A DNA stretch of 63,424 nucleotides from an uncultured Gemmatimonadales bacterium (GTDB taxonomy: Bacteria > Gemmatimonadota > Gemmatimonadetes > Gemmatimonadales > GWC2-71-9): positions 1-63,424 of the forward strand of contig CAWJMT010000006.1 in NCBI GenBank assembly GCA_963844035.1, read 5' to 3'. Shown here one piece after another: positions 37,032 through 48,624 of this stretch. The stretch's first letter is position 1. The number at the start of each line of letters is the position of its first letter. The notes below the pieces were generated by a model, which saw only the letters and a list, made by a program, of their open reading frames with translations, was not told the DNA's origin and searched no databases. The position numbers were made by a program, and so were the translations under genes.

Positions 37032-37712
37032 TCAGGCGCTGATCATGCCCTCGCGAATCGCGTAGCGGACCAGGCCCGCGGTCGTGTGGATGTTCAACTT
37101 TTCCATGACTCGCGCTCGATGAAACTCGGCGGTTTTGACGCTGATCCCCAGCTCACCGGCGATTTTCCGTGTTGCCTTCCCTTCCGCCACCAGCTTGATG
37201 ACCTGTTGTTCCCTGGGAGTGAGCCGGTCCCCCGCCGGCGTATTCGCCGCCAAGCAGGCGTCGATGACCGCCTGAGACGCACCGGGACCGAGCGACATCC
37301 CCCCGTCCCAGACCTCCCGAATGGCCCGCAGAAGCTCGTCCGCCCCCTGGCTCTTGTCCACGAAGCCGCGCACGCCCGCCCGCAGCGCATCGAGCGCGAA
37401 CCGGCCGTCCAGTGCGGTCAGCAGCAGAACCACGGTCCGCGGGGACACGGTGGCGATCTCGCGCGCGGCATCGACCCCGTTCAACACGGGCATGGCCACG
37501 TCGAGCACGGCCACATCCGGGCGCACCTTGCGGGCCGCGTTCACCGCCGCCCGGCCGTCCGCCGCTTCGGCCACGATCTGAAGCCCCTGGAACTCCAGTA
37601 GGGCCTTCAGGCCCTGCCGGAGGGTCTGATGGTCATCGGCGAGCAGGACGCGGAGCGCTTTGCCTTTACGCGCCGCGTCGCTGCTGACGCGTCGTCGGGG
37701 TGCCGGATACAT
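37032..37712 (-). CDS. NarL/LuxR-family response regulator
   Basis: VLLADDH, VLDVAMPVLNG, LTPREQQV, LGISVKTAEFHR. Confidence 0.93.
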   Translation of the reverse strand: MYPAPRRRVSSDAARKGKALRVLLADDHQTLRQGLKALLEFQGLQIVAEAADGRAAVNAARKVRPDVAVLDVAMPVLNGVDAAREIATVSPRTVVLLLTALDGRFALDALRAGVRGFVDKSQGADELLRAIREVWDGGMSLGPGASQAVIDACLAANTPAGDRLTPREQQVIKLVAEGKATRKIAGELGISVKTAEFHRARVMEKLNIHTTAGLVRYAIREGMISA

Positions 37713-37830
37713 GGGTGTCTCGGAACGGTATGTGCGGAGCGAACTACGGGCAAGCAGGGGGCGGTGCACAGCCGTGTAACTGGCCGGGCTGTGCTCGCTT
37801 ACAAGATCTGTCTGACGGTGTGGGCGGTGA

Positions 37831-38613
37831 TCAGGGAGTGATCACCAGATCACCGTGATGGTGTAGATGGTGATCGGGATCGTCAGCAGAATCGCTACCG
37901 TCTGGACGGTGGTGTACCAATCGCGCTTGCCGCGGAATGTACAGCCGGTCGCCGGCACGGAGGTTGAGCGCGTCGAAGGTGCGCCCGGAGCGCACCGCGT
38001 TCTCCAGCGTGAAGCCATGCAGCACGGTCACGCCGGCGCGCTCGACGCGCGCCTTCCCGAGGTGCGCGTTCCGGGTCAGTCCGCCGGCCGCCGTCAGCGC
38101 ATCCATGATGGGCATCTCCGGCGCGAGGGCATAGAACCCCGGGTGGGCCACGTCGCCTTCGATGGCCACGCGAATCAACGGCTGCACGCTCACCACCGGC
38201 GTCCGAATGTAGCGCGCGAGTGCATAGGTCAGGCGGTCCGGAAGCTCGGTGCGCAGCACGCCCGTCAGCGGGATCACTCCGATCTGAGGCAGGCTCAGAC
38301 TCGTTCATCATCCCCACCGTGAAGGTGTCGGAGAGCTCCTTTTCGCCCTCCACGATGATCAGGATGCGGTCGCCCGGGCGGAAATCGCCGCTGTCCAGGC
38401 GCGCGCGGATCAAATTCGCTGCATCCCCGGACGCCCTCGCGCAGCTGCTGTTCCAGCATCGCGCGCGTGGCGTAGGCGGGGCCAGGATTGCCGCTGCTGC
38501 GCGGCGGCGGCGGGGAGGAATCCGAGCAACAGGCACCCGGCCACCCCCACCCACCGGGTGCCGACGACGAGGCTGCTGACAATCCCGGGCAGGACTCGGC
38601 GGCCCACCATCAT
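37831..38613 (-). CDS. Small SLBB-domain polysaccharide export protein, frameshifted
   Basis: Signal peptide, GDFRPGDRI, IPLTGVLRTEL, IEGDVAHPGFY, DALTAAGG, LRAGDRLYIP; ATGA overlap with the glmS stop. Confidence 0.75.
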
Positions 38614-40430
38614 TCGACGGTGACGCTCTTGGCGAGATTTCGCGGGCGGTCGACGTCGCAACCACGCAGTACCGCAATGTGGTACGCGAGGAGCTGTAAC
38701 GGAATTACCGTCACGAGCGGAGACAGCAGTGGGCTTGTCAGGGGAACCCGGAGCTCGTGGTCGACCAACCCGCGAAGATCGCCGTTGCCCTCGGTGGTGA
38801 TGGCGATGATGCGGCCGCCTCGCGCCTTCACTTCCTGCATGTTCGACACAACCTTGGGATAGACCTCGTCCTTCGGGGCGACGAAGACCACCGGCATCTC
38901 CTCGTCGATCAAGGCGATCGGCCCGTGCTTCATCTCGGCCGCCGGGTAGCCTTCGGCGTGGATGTAGCTGATTTCTTTCAGCTTCAGCGCCCCCTCCAAC
39001 GCCACCGGGAAGTTCACCGCCCGGCCAAGATACAAGAAATTCCGCTGGTGTGCGTACTCCTGCGCCACCGCCTGGACTTCGGATTCGAGCGCGAGTGCCT
39101 GACCGATCACGACGGGCAGATTGTTCAGCTGATCGGCGAAGGCTTCTCCCTCCGCCACCGAGAGACCGCGCTGGCGGCCGAGGTAGAGGGCGAACAGGGC
39201 CAGCGCGGCGATCTGCGAGGTGAACGCCTTGGTGGACGCCACCCCGATTTCCGGACCGGCGTGCAGGTAGATGCCCCCGTCCGCCTCCCGCGCGATGGTG
39301 CTCCCCACCACGTTCACGATGCCCAGCACGCGGGATTGGCTGGCGCGCGCCGCCCGCATCGCCTCGAGCGTGTCCGCCGTCTCTCCCGATTGGGAGATCG
39401 CCAGCGTCAGGGTGCCCGGCTGCTCGGGGTGCCGGCGGTAGCGGTACTCCGACGCATACTCTACGGCGACCGGAATGCGCGCCAGCTCCTCGATGAGGTG
39501 CCGACCCACGAGGCCGGCGTGCCACGACGTCCCGCACGCCAGAATGACGATGCGCTGCACGTCGGCACACGCCTCGGGCGTGAGGTTCAAGCCGTTCAGC
39601 CGCGCGCCTCCCTGCACCAGGCGGCCGCGCAGGGTCGCCCGCACGGTCTCCGTCTGCTCGCTGATCTCCTTGTGCATGAAGTGCTCGAAACCCCCCAGCT
39701 CGATGGCTTCGAGGTCCCAGGCAATGTCGTCCACCGCGCGCAGCTGCACGCGCTCTTCGCGGTCCAGCACGTGGTAGCCGTCCGGGGTCAGGACGGCCAC
39801 ATCCCCGTCGTCGAGGTAGACGACCGAGCGGGTGTGCTCGAGCACCGCCGAGGCGTCCGAGGCGACGAAGTACTCGTCGTCGCCCACGCCGAGCAGCACC
39901 GGAGAGCCGCGCCGCGCGACCACGATTTTTCGAGGCTCATCCGACGAGATGACGGCGAGACCGTACGTACCGTCCACGTGCTGCAGCGCGGCGATTACCC
40001 GCGCCTCGAGCGAGTCCCCCGGGGCATCCTCGATGAGATGCGCAAGGACTTCCGTGTCCGTGTCCGTTCCGATGTGGTGGCCGGCCTGCTGCAGTGCCGC
40101 CCGCAGCGTGTCGGCGTTTTCGATGATCCCGTTGTGCACGAGCGCCAAACGCCCGGTGCAATCGGTGTGCGGGTGCGCGTTGCGTCCGGTGGGCGCTCCG
40201 TGCGTCGCCCAGCGCGTATGGGCGATGCCGCACGTCCCGATCACCGGCTGCTGCGTGAGCAGCTCGTCGAGCCCGCGAACGCGTCCGGCGAGCTTGCGGG
40301 TCACGACGCCGACGCCGTTTTGGATCGCCACGCCCGCCGAGTCATAACCGCGGTACTCCAGGCGGTTCAGGCCTCTGACGAGAATGGGAGCCGCTTGACG
40401 AGATCCGAGGTAGCCGACGATGCCGCACAT
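38610..40430 (-). CDS. glmS: Glutamine--fructose-6-phosphate aminotransferase
   Basis: MCGIVG, EYRGYDSAG, HTRWATHG, SQSGETADT, VASTKAF, PRNLAKSVTVE. Confidence 0.98.
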   Translation of the reverse strand: MCGIVGYLGSRQAAPILVRGLNRLEYRGYDSAGVAIQNGVGVVTRKLAGRVRGLDELLTQQPVIGTCGIAHTRWATHGAPTGRNAHPHTDCTGRLALVHNGIIENADTLRAALQQAGHHIGTDTDTEVLAHLIEDAPGDSLEARVIAALQHVDGTYGLAVISSDEPRKIVVARRGSPVLLGVGDDEYFVASDASAVLEHTRSVVYLDDGDVAVLTPDGYHVLDREERVQLRAVDDIAWDLEAIELGGFEHFMHKEISEQTETVRATLRGRLVQGGARLNGLNLTPEACADVQRIVILACGTSWHAGLVGRHLIEELARIPVAVEYASEYRYRRHPEQPGTLTLAISQSGETADTLEAMRAARASQSRVLGIVNVVGSTIAREADGGIYLHAGPEIGVASTKAFTSQIAALALFALYLGRQRGLSVAEGEAFADQLNNLPVVIGQALALESEVQAVAQEYAHQRNFLYLGRAVNFPVALEGALKLKEISYIHAEGYPAAEMKHGPIALIDEEMPVVFVAPKDEVYPKVVSNMQEVKARGGRIIAITTEGNGDLRGLVDHELRVPLTSPLLSPLVTVIPLQLLAYHIAVLRGCDVDRPRNLAKSVTVE

Positions 40431-41050
40431 GTCAGTCCATGTCTCCTTTGGTGGTCTCGAGCAGCGGACCCGCCGCGCTCACGAGTCCGAAGCGGGCGAG
40501 CTGCAGGTGCTTCCGCAGCAGGCGCTCCGCGAATCCCTCCGCCGTGACAATGGCGCCGCAGGCGCCGCATATCAGATCCCCAAGACGCCGCGCGCCCCAC
40601 ACGCGCGCCCCGGACGCGTCATCCCGCCCGGCCACTCCGTCGTGGCGATATGGCTCTCACACCGTTCACAGAACATCCGCGAGGTTTTGTCTCCTTCCCA
40701 TGCGCGGCCATGTGTCAAGATTTGGGCCCACCACGCCCGGGGCGGTTCCCCCTCGGAAACTGACTGGTGTCGCAGGACTTACGGGCGGACGGCCGCGCGC
40801 TGATCGACGCCCCGCCCCGATCGCGTTGCAGGTTCGTGTCAGGGACCGCCGGTGCTGTGGTCGCGGCGCATCAGTTTCACGATGACGCCGCGCGACCGGG
40901 CCCCGAATCGTCTGCTCGCGACGCGGCGGGGTCGTGCGCGGCTCGCGCATGAGTCCTGCATGCAGTAGTCACGCGCGGCACCCCGGCACGGCGAGCACCA
41001 GTCCCTCTCCACCGCTGCCCGCGCAATTCACCATTTGAGGAGATGGGACC

Positions 41051-41986
41051 GTGCAGACAAAGATGGGCCCCGCTCGCCCGGCGGTGGTTCTCGTCGCGAG
41101 CAAACAGGAATGGACCAGCCGCTCGCTCGAGAGCATTCTTGCTCCCAGCGGTTACGTCGTCCTCGCGAGCTACACGGCGCAAGGCACGCTGCTCCGCGCC
41201 AAGCGCGACCAGCCCGATGCGATCATCGTCGACGCGCACCTTCCCGACTCGAGCGGCCACGACCTGTGCAAGCGCTTGCGCTCCGAGGGACTGATCACGC
41301 CCAGCACGCCGCTCCTCGTCACCCTGCCCAAGCCCGCGACCCGGCGCGACCGGTTGGCCGCACTCCGTGCGGGCGCCTGGGAGTGCCTGAGCGAGCCGTT
41401 CGACGCGGAGGAGACCCGCGCCATCCTGGACGCGCTGGTGCCGGCCAAACTCGATGCCGACCAGGCGCGCTCCGAGGGTCTGATCGACGATGCGACGGGG
41501 CTCTACAATATTCGGGGGCTCACGCGCCGGGCCCGCGAGCTCGCCTCGCACGCCACCCGCACCCGGGCGCCGCTCGCCTGCGTCGTCCTCGCCCCCGAGC
41601 CGAATCCCGACTCGACGCCGGCCAGCGGAGAAACGCCCTGGCCGGTCGTGCGGCAAGTCGCACGGCACCTGAAAGCGACCGGGCGGCGCTCCGATGCGAT
41701 CGGACGCCTTGGGGCCGGTACGTTTGCCGTGGTTGCGATGGATACCAATGCGGGACAGGCGCGCCAGCTGGCGAGCCGCTTGTGCGACGGGCTTCTCGCC
41801 GCGAACGAGACCGGATTCCAGATGCACGCCGGGTGTCACGGCGTGAGCGACTTCCATGCGGCGTCGATCGACGCCGTCGAGCTGATGTTTCGAGCGACCG
41901 CCGCGCTGCGACAGGCGCGGACCGATCCCGCCGGTGGCTGGCTGCGGGACTTCGAAGACAGCGACGCCCGGCCCCGCCCCGCCTAG
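41051..41986 (+). CDS. Pseudo-receiver + degenerate GGDEF protein (paralogue of 35838-36950)
   Basis: REC-like (VLVASK, IIVD, LSEPF); DDATGLYN...RRSDAIGRLGAGTF. Confidence 0.85.
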   Translation: MQTKMGPARPAVVLVASKQEWTSRSLESILAPSGYVVLASYTAQGTLLRAKRDQPDAIIVDAHLPDSSGHDLCKRLRSEGLITPSTPLLVTLPKPATRRDRLAALRAGAWECLSEPFDAEETRAILDALVPAKLDADQARSEGLIDDATGLYNIRGLTRRARELASHATRTRAPLACVVLAPEPNPDSTPASGETPWPVVRQVARHLKATGRRSDAIGRLGAGTFAVVAMDTNAGQARQLASRLCDGLLAANETGFQMHAGCHGVSDFHAASIDAVELMFRATAALRQARTDPAGGWLRDFEDSDARPRPA

Positions 41987-44388
41987 AGCATCCCTCGGCG
42001 CCCGCGGGCCTCGACCGCCGATCCCTCATCCGTAGCGGAGTACCCGGTCAAGTAGGTGTAGTGCTCGTACCCGCCCCCGGGCCGTACATCGTTCACAATC
42101 GCGCCCAACAGTCTGATCGGCAGGTGCTCCAACGCTCCCAGCTTGGTCCGGGCGAACTCGAGGTTCGTCGTCCCGCTGCGGAGCACCAGCAACACGCTGC
42201 CCGTGATCGAACCCAGCGTATACGGGTCGACGCCCGAGCCGAGCGGCGGGCTGTCCACCAGGATCACCTGGTACCCGCTGCGCAGCCGCGCCATGATCTC
42301 CACCATCGCTTCGGAGGCAAGCAGCTCGGGTGAATCGCGAAACCGACTGCCGGCGCCGATGAAGTCGAGCGACGGCCACGCCGTCTTCTGGATGATCCCG
42401 TTGAGCGGTACCTGACCGGCGAGCGCGTCGGTCAACCCCGACTTGCGTGACGCCCCGAGCGCGCGGTGCAACGCTCCGCGACGGGCGTCGCCATCGATGA
42501 GCAGTGTGCGATATCCAGCTTCCGCGTAGGCCAGTGCAAGATTGGCGGACACGAGGGATTTGCCGTCTCCGGCGCCCGGACTCGTGATCGTGCACACAAT
42601 CGGCGCCGTCGGGCCAAAGGCGTGAGTCAGATTCAGCCGGATGGTGCGCATCGCTTCGATGACGTGGTGGACATGCGCATCGTCGGGCCCGGCTCCACGA
42701 TCCTGCACGTGGGGCAGCACCCCCAGGATCGAGAGCCCCATCTTGCTCGTCACCTGCGAGGGGTACCGCATCCGTGGATCCACGTTGTCCGCCAGCACAG
42801 CGCCCGCCAGCCCAAGGCCCAACCCGGCGGCAAAGCCCATGACGATCAACCGCGAAGCAGTGTCCTTGAGCGGCTCCTGAGGAGGCACCGCCGCATCGAG
42901 CACGCGTATGTCCGCGACGCTGCTCGCCTCCGCGAGGCGCGCTTCGTCGTATCGTTGCTGCACGCTCGTGTAGAGACCGGCCGCCATGTCCATGTCGCGA
43001 TGCAGCCGCGCCTCTTCGAGCATTCGCTGCGGGACTCCCTGCAGCTCGCGACTCCCGAGCGCGATCTGCGGTCCCAACGACCGCTCGCGTGCGGCAAGCT
43101 CTGTCAGGAGCAGCGCGGGCCAAATTGGGAACCGTGCCCCGCTCCAGGACCTCGATGCGCTTCGTCGCCTGCTGTACGGACGGATGATCCTCGGTGTAGG
43201 TGTACAGCAGCGCGCGCCGCTCGGCCTGCTTGACCATCAACTCCCGCAGGGCCTGACTCAGGTCGCCGGAGCGCTGCACGGCTCCGATGAAGGTCAAACC
43301 CTCGATGGAGCCGCCTGAATCGCCCAACTGCGCCAACACACGTTCGATGGCCTCCCGGTCACGATGCAACTGGTCGCGCTCGAGCTTCAAAGCGAAGAAG
43401 TCCCCGTACGCCGGGGATTTGCCCTGCGGTGCCGCCGCCACGTTGACGTCGGGAGCCAACGTGATCGTGCGAACGCGGAATGCCTCAAACGCACGCTCCG
43501 CGCGATGCAGGTCCATGCCGGCCGCTCCCAATTGGTCGCTCAGGAGCTTTGCCACCTCGGTCAGCTTGGCCCGCTTCAAGTCCGTCGCGACCGCGACGTA
43601 GCGATGCGCGACCGCATTGACGGTCTTCGCGACCTGGGTCGGATCCTGACCCGTGAGGGACAGTCGCAGGAAGGTCGCCGTCCGGATCCATCGTGACGGT
43701 GAGACCCTCCCCCAACGCCTTTGCCGCATCGCGCAACGGCCGAACCGTGAAGGTCAGCTCGCTGCCCGGTTTGAGGACGTCCGCTGCCGGGGCCCATTGA
43801 AAGCCGAGCTCCCGGCCGATCGAGTCTCCAACGCTGCCGCGCTGCAGCTCCGCACCGTCCCGGTTCTGCAGCGAGAAGGTGTCTCCCGCCTGCGCCACCA
43901 CCAGCCGATACACGCCAGGATGGAAGACTTCGCCGACCGTGAACGACGAGAAAGACCGCGCCGGTCCCAGGCGCAGGCCGCAGATAGAATCGGAGATCCC
44001 GGGCTACTTCGTCGAGCACGACGTAGGATCGCAGCAGGTTCACCCAGGCGTACGAGTCGAAAAGCTGGTTGCTCCCGATCGGCCCGCGACTGCCACCGTT
44101 GCCACCGTTGCGAGGCTCGCTGGATTGAATCCAGATGGTCGCCTGCGCCTGATACTTGGGAGGAAGCAGGTGGGCCCCGCCCACGCCACCGAGCGTTCCC
44201 AGTACGGTGACCGCGAGGATCCACCACTTGAACCGCCATACCGCCGCCACCTAGCGCCGCCAATCGAGGCCTTCCTCCGGCGCGACGCCGACCGGGTCGA
44301 GCATCGCCGCCCGAGCGGCGTGCGGCACGTAAGGGGCGAGACTGCGCGAGGTGTCGGGATGAGCGTCGTCGGACATGATTTCTGGCAT
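41983..44388 (-). CDS. wzc: Polysaccharide biosynthesis tyrosine autokinase; frameshifts and one in-frame TAG near 44251
   Basis: DWRR.VAAVWRFKWWI, YTEDHPSV, TSPGAGDGKS Walker A, LIDGDARR, LVDSPP, C-terminal Tyr cluster YEHYTYLTGY. Confidence 0.88.
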
Positions 44389-44400
44389 GCCCAACCTCTA

Positions 44401-44416
44401 CGCAAGGGCGATGCCT
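44401..44416 (-). promoter_or_regulatory. Putative sigma54 -24/-12 promoter of wzc
   Basis: AGGCATCGCCCTTGCG (GG-N10-GC with TTGC). Confidence 0.6.
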
Positions 44417-44476
44417 TGACGTGGGCGGGCGGCTGGGACCTGCGTCACAGCGGCCTTGGTCAAGCATTGCGATTAT

Positions 44477-44536
44477 TGTGGCACACCAGCGACATTGCCG
44501 AGTGAGGGCCGGATGACCTGTCGTACATCCGCCACA
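44477..44536. promoter_or_regulatory. Tandem putative activator sites (TGT-N12-ACA x2, 42 bp apart)
   Basis: TGTGGCACACCAGCGACA (44477-44494) and TGTCGTACATCCGCCACA (44519-44536). Confidence 0.6.
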
Positions 44537-44693
44537 TCGCTCTTGACAGCTGGCCGAACTGCCTATATGACATTGACTTACTGAACCGATCCTCCCGGCG
44601 CGAACCGGCCCGATCCGTGCCAGAGAGTGTCTCAGTGGCCCCGTAGTAAGCGCACTCGAGCGCTTACCCCTGGCATGGAGGTTGTGGAAGCTG

Positions 44694-46228
44694 ATGCGCG
44701 CAACGACGCCGGACACCGAACCCGCAGCCGGCCAGACCCGGACTGCCCCCTCGCGCGATGTGGTGGGGTTACCGCAGTTGACCCCCGAGATGAAGGCGAG
44801 CTATCCGCCTCCTGGTGGCGGACGACGAGCGCACGCTCCGGGAGAGCTGCGCGAGCGTGCTCGAGTACGAGGGCTACCAGGTCAGCGTATGCGGCCGCGG
44901 CGACGAGGCGCGCGAGATGTTGAAGCGCAAGAAGTTCGATGTCGTGCTGCTGGATCTCTACATGCCGGAGGTCCCCGGCATGAAGCTGCTGCGGACCTGC
45001 CTGGAGGCGCACCCCGACACGATCGTCATCGTTATCACGGGCAACCCGTCGGTCGACTCGAGTCTCGAGGCCCTGCGTGCCGGCGCCTGGGACTATCTCC
45101 CCAAGCCGTTTTCGGCGACGCACCTGCAGATCCTGCTGGGCCGGGCCGCTCATGCGATCATGGTGGCCCGCGAGTCGCACGCGCTGCAGGCCGACTTCGC
45201 CCGTGAGCACGGGAACAGCGAGCGGGTCACGGTACTGGGAGCGGCGCCGGCGTTCCGCCGGGCCGTCGATCTCGCGCGCCGCGTGGCGCCGACCGACGCC
45301 TCCGTCTTTATCACCGGCGAAAGCGGCTCCGGCAAGGAGCTGATCGCGCAGTTCATCCACCACCACAGCCGGCGCAGCAGCCGGCCGTTGGTGGCCGTCA
45401 ACTGCGCGGCGCTCCCCGAGGCGCTGCTCGAGTCGGAGATGTTCGGTCACGTGAAGGGCGCGTTTACCGGCGCCGTGCGCGACAAGCCCGGCCTGCTCGA
45501 GGCGGCGAACGGCGGCACCTTGCTGCTCGACGAGCTGGTCGAGATGTCGAAGCCGATTCAGGCCAAACTGCTCCGCGTGATCCAGGACGGCGTGGTGCGG
45601 CGCGTGGGCAGCGAGACGACGGACGCGGTCGTGAACGTGCGCTTCATCGCCGCGACCAACTGCATTCCGGAGGAGGCGGTCAAGGCCGGGACGCTGCGCG
45701 AGGACCTGTACTATCGGCTGCGCGTTGTCCCGATCCACGTGCCGCCGCTGCGGGAGCGTCCCGGGGATGTGCGTCTGCTGGTGCAACACTTCCTGGGGCA
45801 GTACTGGGTCCGCCACCGGGGACCCGGCACCCCCCTCCCCCAGCTCACCGACGCGGCGGTTCGCTCGCTGCGCGCGCGTGCCTGGAAGGGCAACGTGCGC
45901 GAGCTCGAAAACGTCGTCGAGCACATGGTCGTCCTGCTGGAGCCGGGCGCTCCGATCCGGCCCGAGGACATCCCCGCCTTGGGAGAGCAGGTCAGCGACG
46001 AGGGCCGCCCGTATCTGCCTTCCGAAGTGACGACCGAAGAGCCCTACTACGCCGCCCGGGATCGCCTGGTCGCGGCCTTCGAGCTGCACTATCTCACGCA
46101 GCTGGTGACGGAAGCGGGTGGGAACATGTCGCGAGCCGCACGCGTCGCCGGCGTGGATCGCACCACGTTGTACCGTCTCATGGAGCGGCACGGGCTTGCA
46201 GCGCAAGATTCCGACGTCGGAGGAGTGA
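44694..46228 (+). CDS. Sigma54-dependent response regulator (REC-AAA+-Fis HTH); both termini reconstructed over frameshifts
   Basis: VADDE, LLDLYMP, GESGSGKE, NCAAL, GAFTGA, REDLYYRL, WKGNVREL, AGVDRTTLYR. Confidence 0.93.
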
Positions 46229-46244
46229 CGGCGGACACATTTCT

Positions 46245-46284
46245 TGTAGCACCCCACCCACAAGCGCCGTGGCGCCGTGCGACA
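46245..46284. promoter_or_regulatory. Putative activator sites upstream of the sugar transferase
   Basis: TGTAGCACCCCACCCACA (46245-46262) plus CGTGGCGCCGTGCGACA (one base short). Confidence 0.5.
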
Positions 46285-46346
46285 AACCGGTGCCGACCCT
46301 GCTCCAAATAGCGTTGATTTGAGCCTAGCCGCCTCATCGGCGGCAG

Positions 46347-46362
46347 AGGCACGGCGCCTGCA
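46347..46362 (+). promoter_or_regulatory. Putative sigma54 -24/-12 promoter
   Basis: AGGCACGGCGCCTGCA (GG-N10-GC). Confidence 0.6.
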
Positions 46363-46397
46363 TATGACACCGCCGTGCCCATCGATCGAGTCCCCTC

Positions 46398-47100
46398 GTG
46401 ACCAGTGTTCGGATCCCCCAGGCGAGCGCCCGGTACCGGCGCGTGTCCCAGCGCGAGCCGTCCGAAGGGGTGCGCCGTGCCTTGAACGTGACCGTCGCGG
46501 CGACCGGCGTCATCCTCACCGCCCCCGCCATGGCGGCCATCGCGCTGCTCATCAAGCTGACGTCGCGCGGCCCGGTCTTCTACACGCAGCTGCGCGTCGG
46601 TATCGACCGCCGCACGCCGGGAGAGCCCACGGGCAACTCCCGCCGCCACGTTGACCACGGCGGCAAGCCCTTCAAGATCTACAAGTTCCGTACGATGACC
46701 GCTCGCGACGAAGCCACAGCGCGACGAGGTCTGGGCCGCGCGCCAGGACCCGCGGGTGACGTCCATCGGCCGGATTCTCCGCCAGTATCGGCTCGACGAG
46801 CTGCCGCAGCTCCTCAACGTGCTGCGGGGCGAAATGGACGTTGTCGGCCCCCGGCCCGAGCAGCCGTCGATCTTCGCCCGGCTGCGGCAGGAGATCCACC
46901 GCTACGAAGAACGCCAGCGCGTGCGGCCGGGCATCACCGGCTGGGCGCAGATCAACCAGAGCTACGACAGCTGCGTGGACGACGTGCGGCGCAAACTCCA
47001 GTACGACCTCGAATACATCCACCGCCAGTCCGCCCTCGAGGACCTGAGGATCATGGTGCGGACGCTCCCGGCAGTGATCCTCAAGCGCGGCGGCTGGTAG
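46398..47100 (+). CDS. Priming sugar transferase (Bac_transf), frameshift ~46720
   Basis: YKFRTM, DPRVTSIG, LDELPQLLNVLRGEMDVVGPRPE, RPGITGWAQI. Confidence 0.9.
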
Positions 47101-47204
47101 TCGGCTCGCTCCGTTCACCTCGTAGACCATGACGTTGAGCGCGGACCTGATGCAATGATGTGACACCCGCGCCCGCCAAAGCAGGCACCCCCCCCTGAGA
47201 ACCC

Positions 47205-48624
47205 GTGTCCTCCAAGCACAACCGTGGTCCAGTTCCTGCGTTGCTCGCCCGCATGAACGAGATTTCCGCGCCGCCAACGCTCGCAGGTCGCGCCCCCGAG
47301 GCGAACGTCGCGCAACGCACGTTCGCCAAGTCCAAGGTGCTGCAGGCGATCGCTCACGAGCTCGTCCCGGGCGGGTGTCACACGTACGCCAAGGGGGACG
47401 ACCAGTACCCGGAGCTGGCCCCCGGATTCATCGCGCGCGGCCGCGGCTGTCACGTGTGGGATGCGGATGGCGACGAGTACATCGAATACGGCATGGGGCT
47501 GCGTTCGGTCACCCTGGGACACGGCCACCCCTCCGTGGTGGATGCCGCGTACCGGGCGATGCTCAACGGCACCAACTTCACGCGCCCGTCGCCGTTCGAG
47601 GTCGAGTGCGCGCAGGCGTTCCTGAGCCTGATCGACGGAGCGGAGATGGTGAAGTTCGCCAAGAACGGCTCCGATGCGACGACCGCCGCCGTGAAGCTGG
47701 CCCGCGCCTACACCGGGCGCGACATGGTCGCGATCTGCGGGGAGCACCCATTCTTCTCGACCGACGACTGGTTCATCGGCAGTACGCCGATGGCAGCGGG
47801 GATCCCCCAGGCCATCCAGCAGCTGACGGTCAAGTTCCACTACAACGACCTGGAGAGCGTGCGGGCGCTGTTCGACCAGCATCCGGGGCGAATTGCCTGC
47901 GTGATGATGGAAGCGGCCACCTCCGTCGGGCCCGCGGATGGCTTTCTCGATCAGGTCCAGACCCTGTGCGCCGCCCACGGCGCGTTGTTCATTCTCGACG
48001 AGACGATCACCGGATTCCGTTTCCACCTGGGCGGCGCGCAGAAGCTCTACGGTGTGACTCCGGATCTCTCGACGTTCGGCAAGGGGATGGCCAACGGGTT
48101 CCCGCTCGCCGCCCTGGCCGGCAAGCGCCACATCATGGAGCGGGGCGGCCTGCGCCACACGGAGCGAGCGGGTGTTCCTGCTCTCCACCACGCACGGCGC
48201 GGAGACGTCCGCCCTGGCGGCCGCCATCGAGACGATGCGGATCTTCCGGGACGAGGGCGTGGTGGACGTGCTGCGGGCTCAGGGCGAGCGCCTGCGGCGG
48301 GGCGTCACCGAGGCCGCGTGCGCCAGCGGGCTGGAGCAGCACGTCGGCGTGCTCGGCAATCCGGCGAATCTCGTGTACTTCACGCGCGACCGCGACGGCC
48401 TGCCGTCACAGCCGTTCCGGACGCTGTTCCTGCAGGAGCTCATCCGTCACGGCGTGCTTGCGCCGTCGTTCGTCGTGAGCCATGCGCACCAGAACGATGA
48501 CATCGACCGCACCATCGACGCGGTGGCGGAGGCCCTGACGGTCTACCGGAGAGCACTCGACGACGGGGTGGAGCACTACCTGGTCGGCCGAGCGGTCAAA
48601 CCTGTTTTTCGGAGATTCAACTGA
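47205..48624 (+). CDS. Class III PLP aminotransferase (GSA-aminomutase-like, polysaccharide-cluster type), frameshift ~48165
   Basis: PGGCHTYAKGDDQYP, KNGSDAT, LDETITGFR, TFGKGMANG, STTHGAE. Confidence 0.85.

Noticed and set aside
35838..41986. REC-GGDEF proteins as the cGAMP synthase (Hypr GGDEF)
   Set aside because: Metal-binding and GG(D/E)EF residues are missing, so catalysis is unlikely; any synthase must lie elsewhere.
44251..44253. In-frame TAG in wzc as possible stop read-through or recoding
   Set aside because: Context DWRR*VAAV fits a TAC/TAT miscall, and other genes here end in TAG normally.
44608..44685. Additional sigma54-like motifs (TGGCACGGATCGGGC minus; TGGCATGGAGGTTGT plus)
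   Set aside because: The -12 elements are poor and their positions conflict with the UAS or start-codon layout; 44401-44416 fits better.
47205..48624. hemL (tetrapyrrole biosynthesis)
   Set aside because: The HTYAKGDDQYP N-terminus and sugar-cluster context point to a paralogous aminotransferase.
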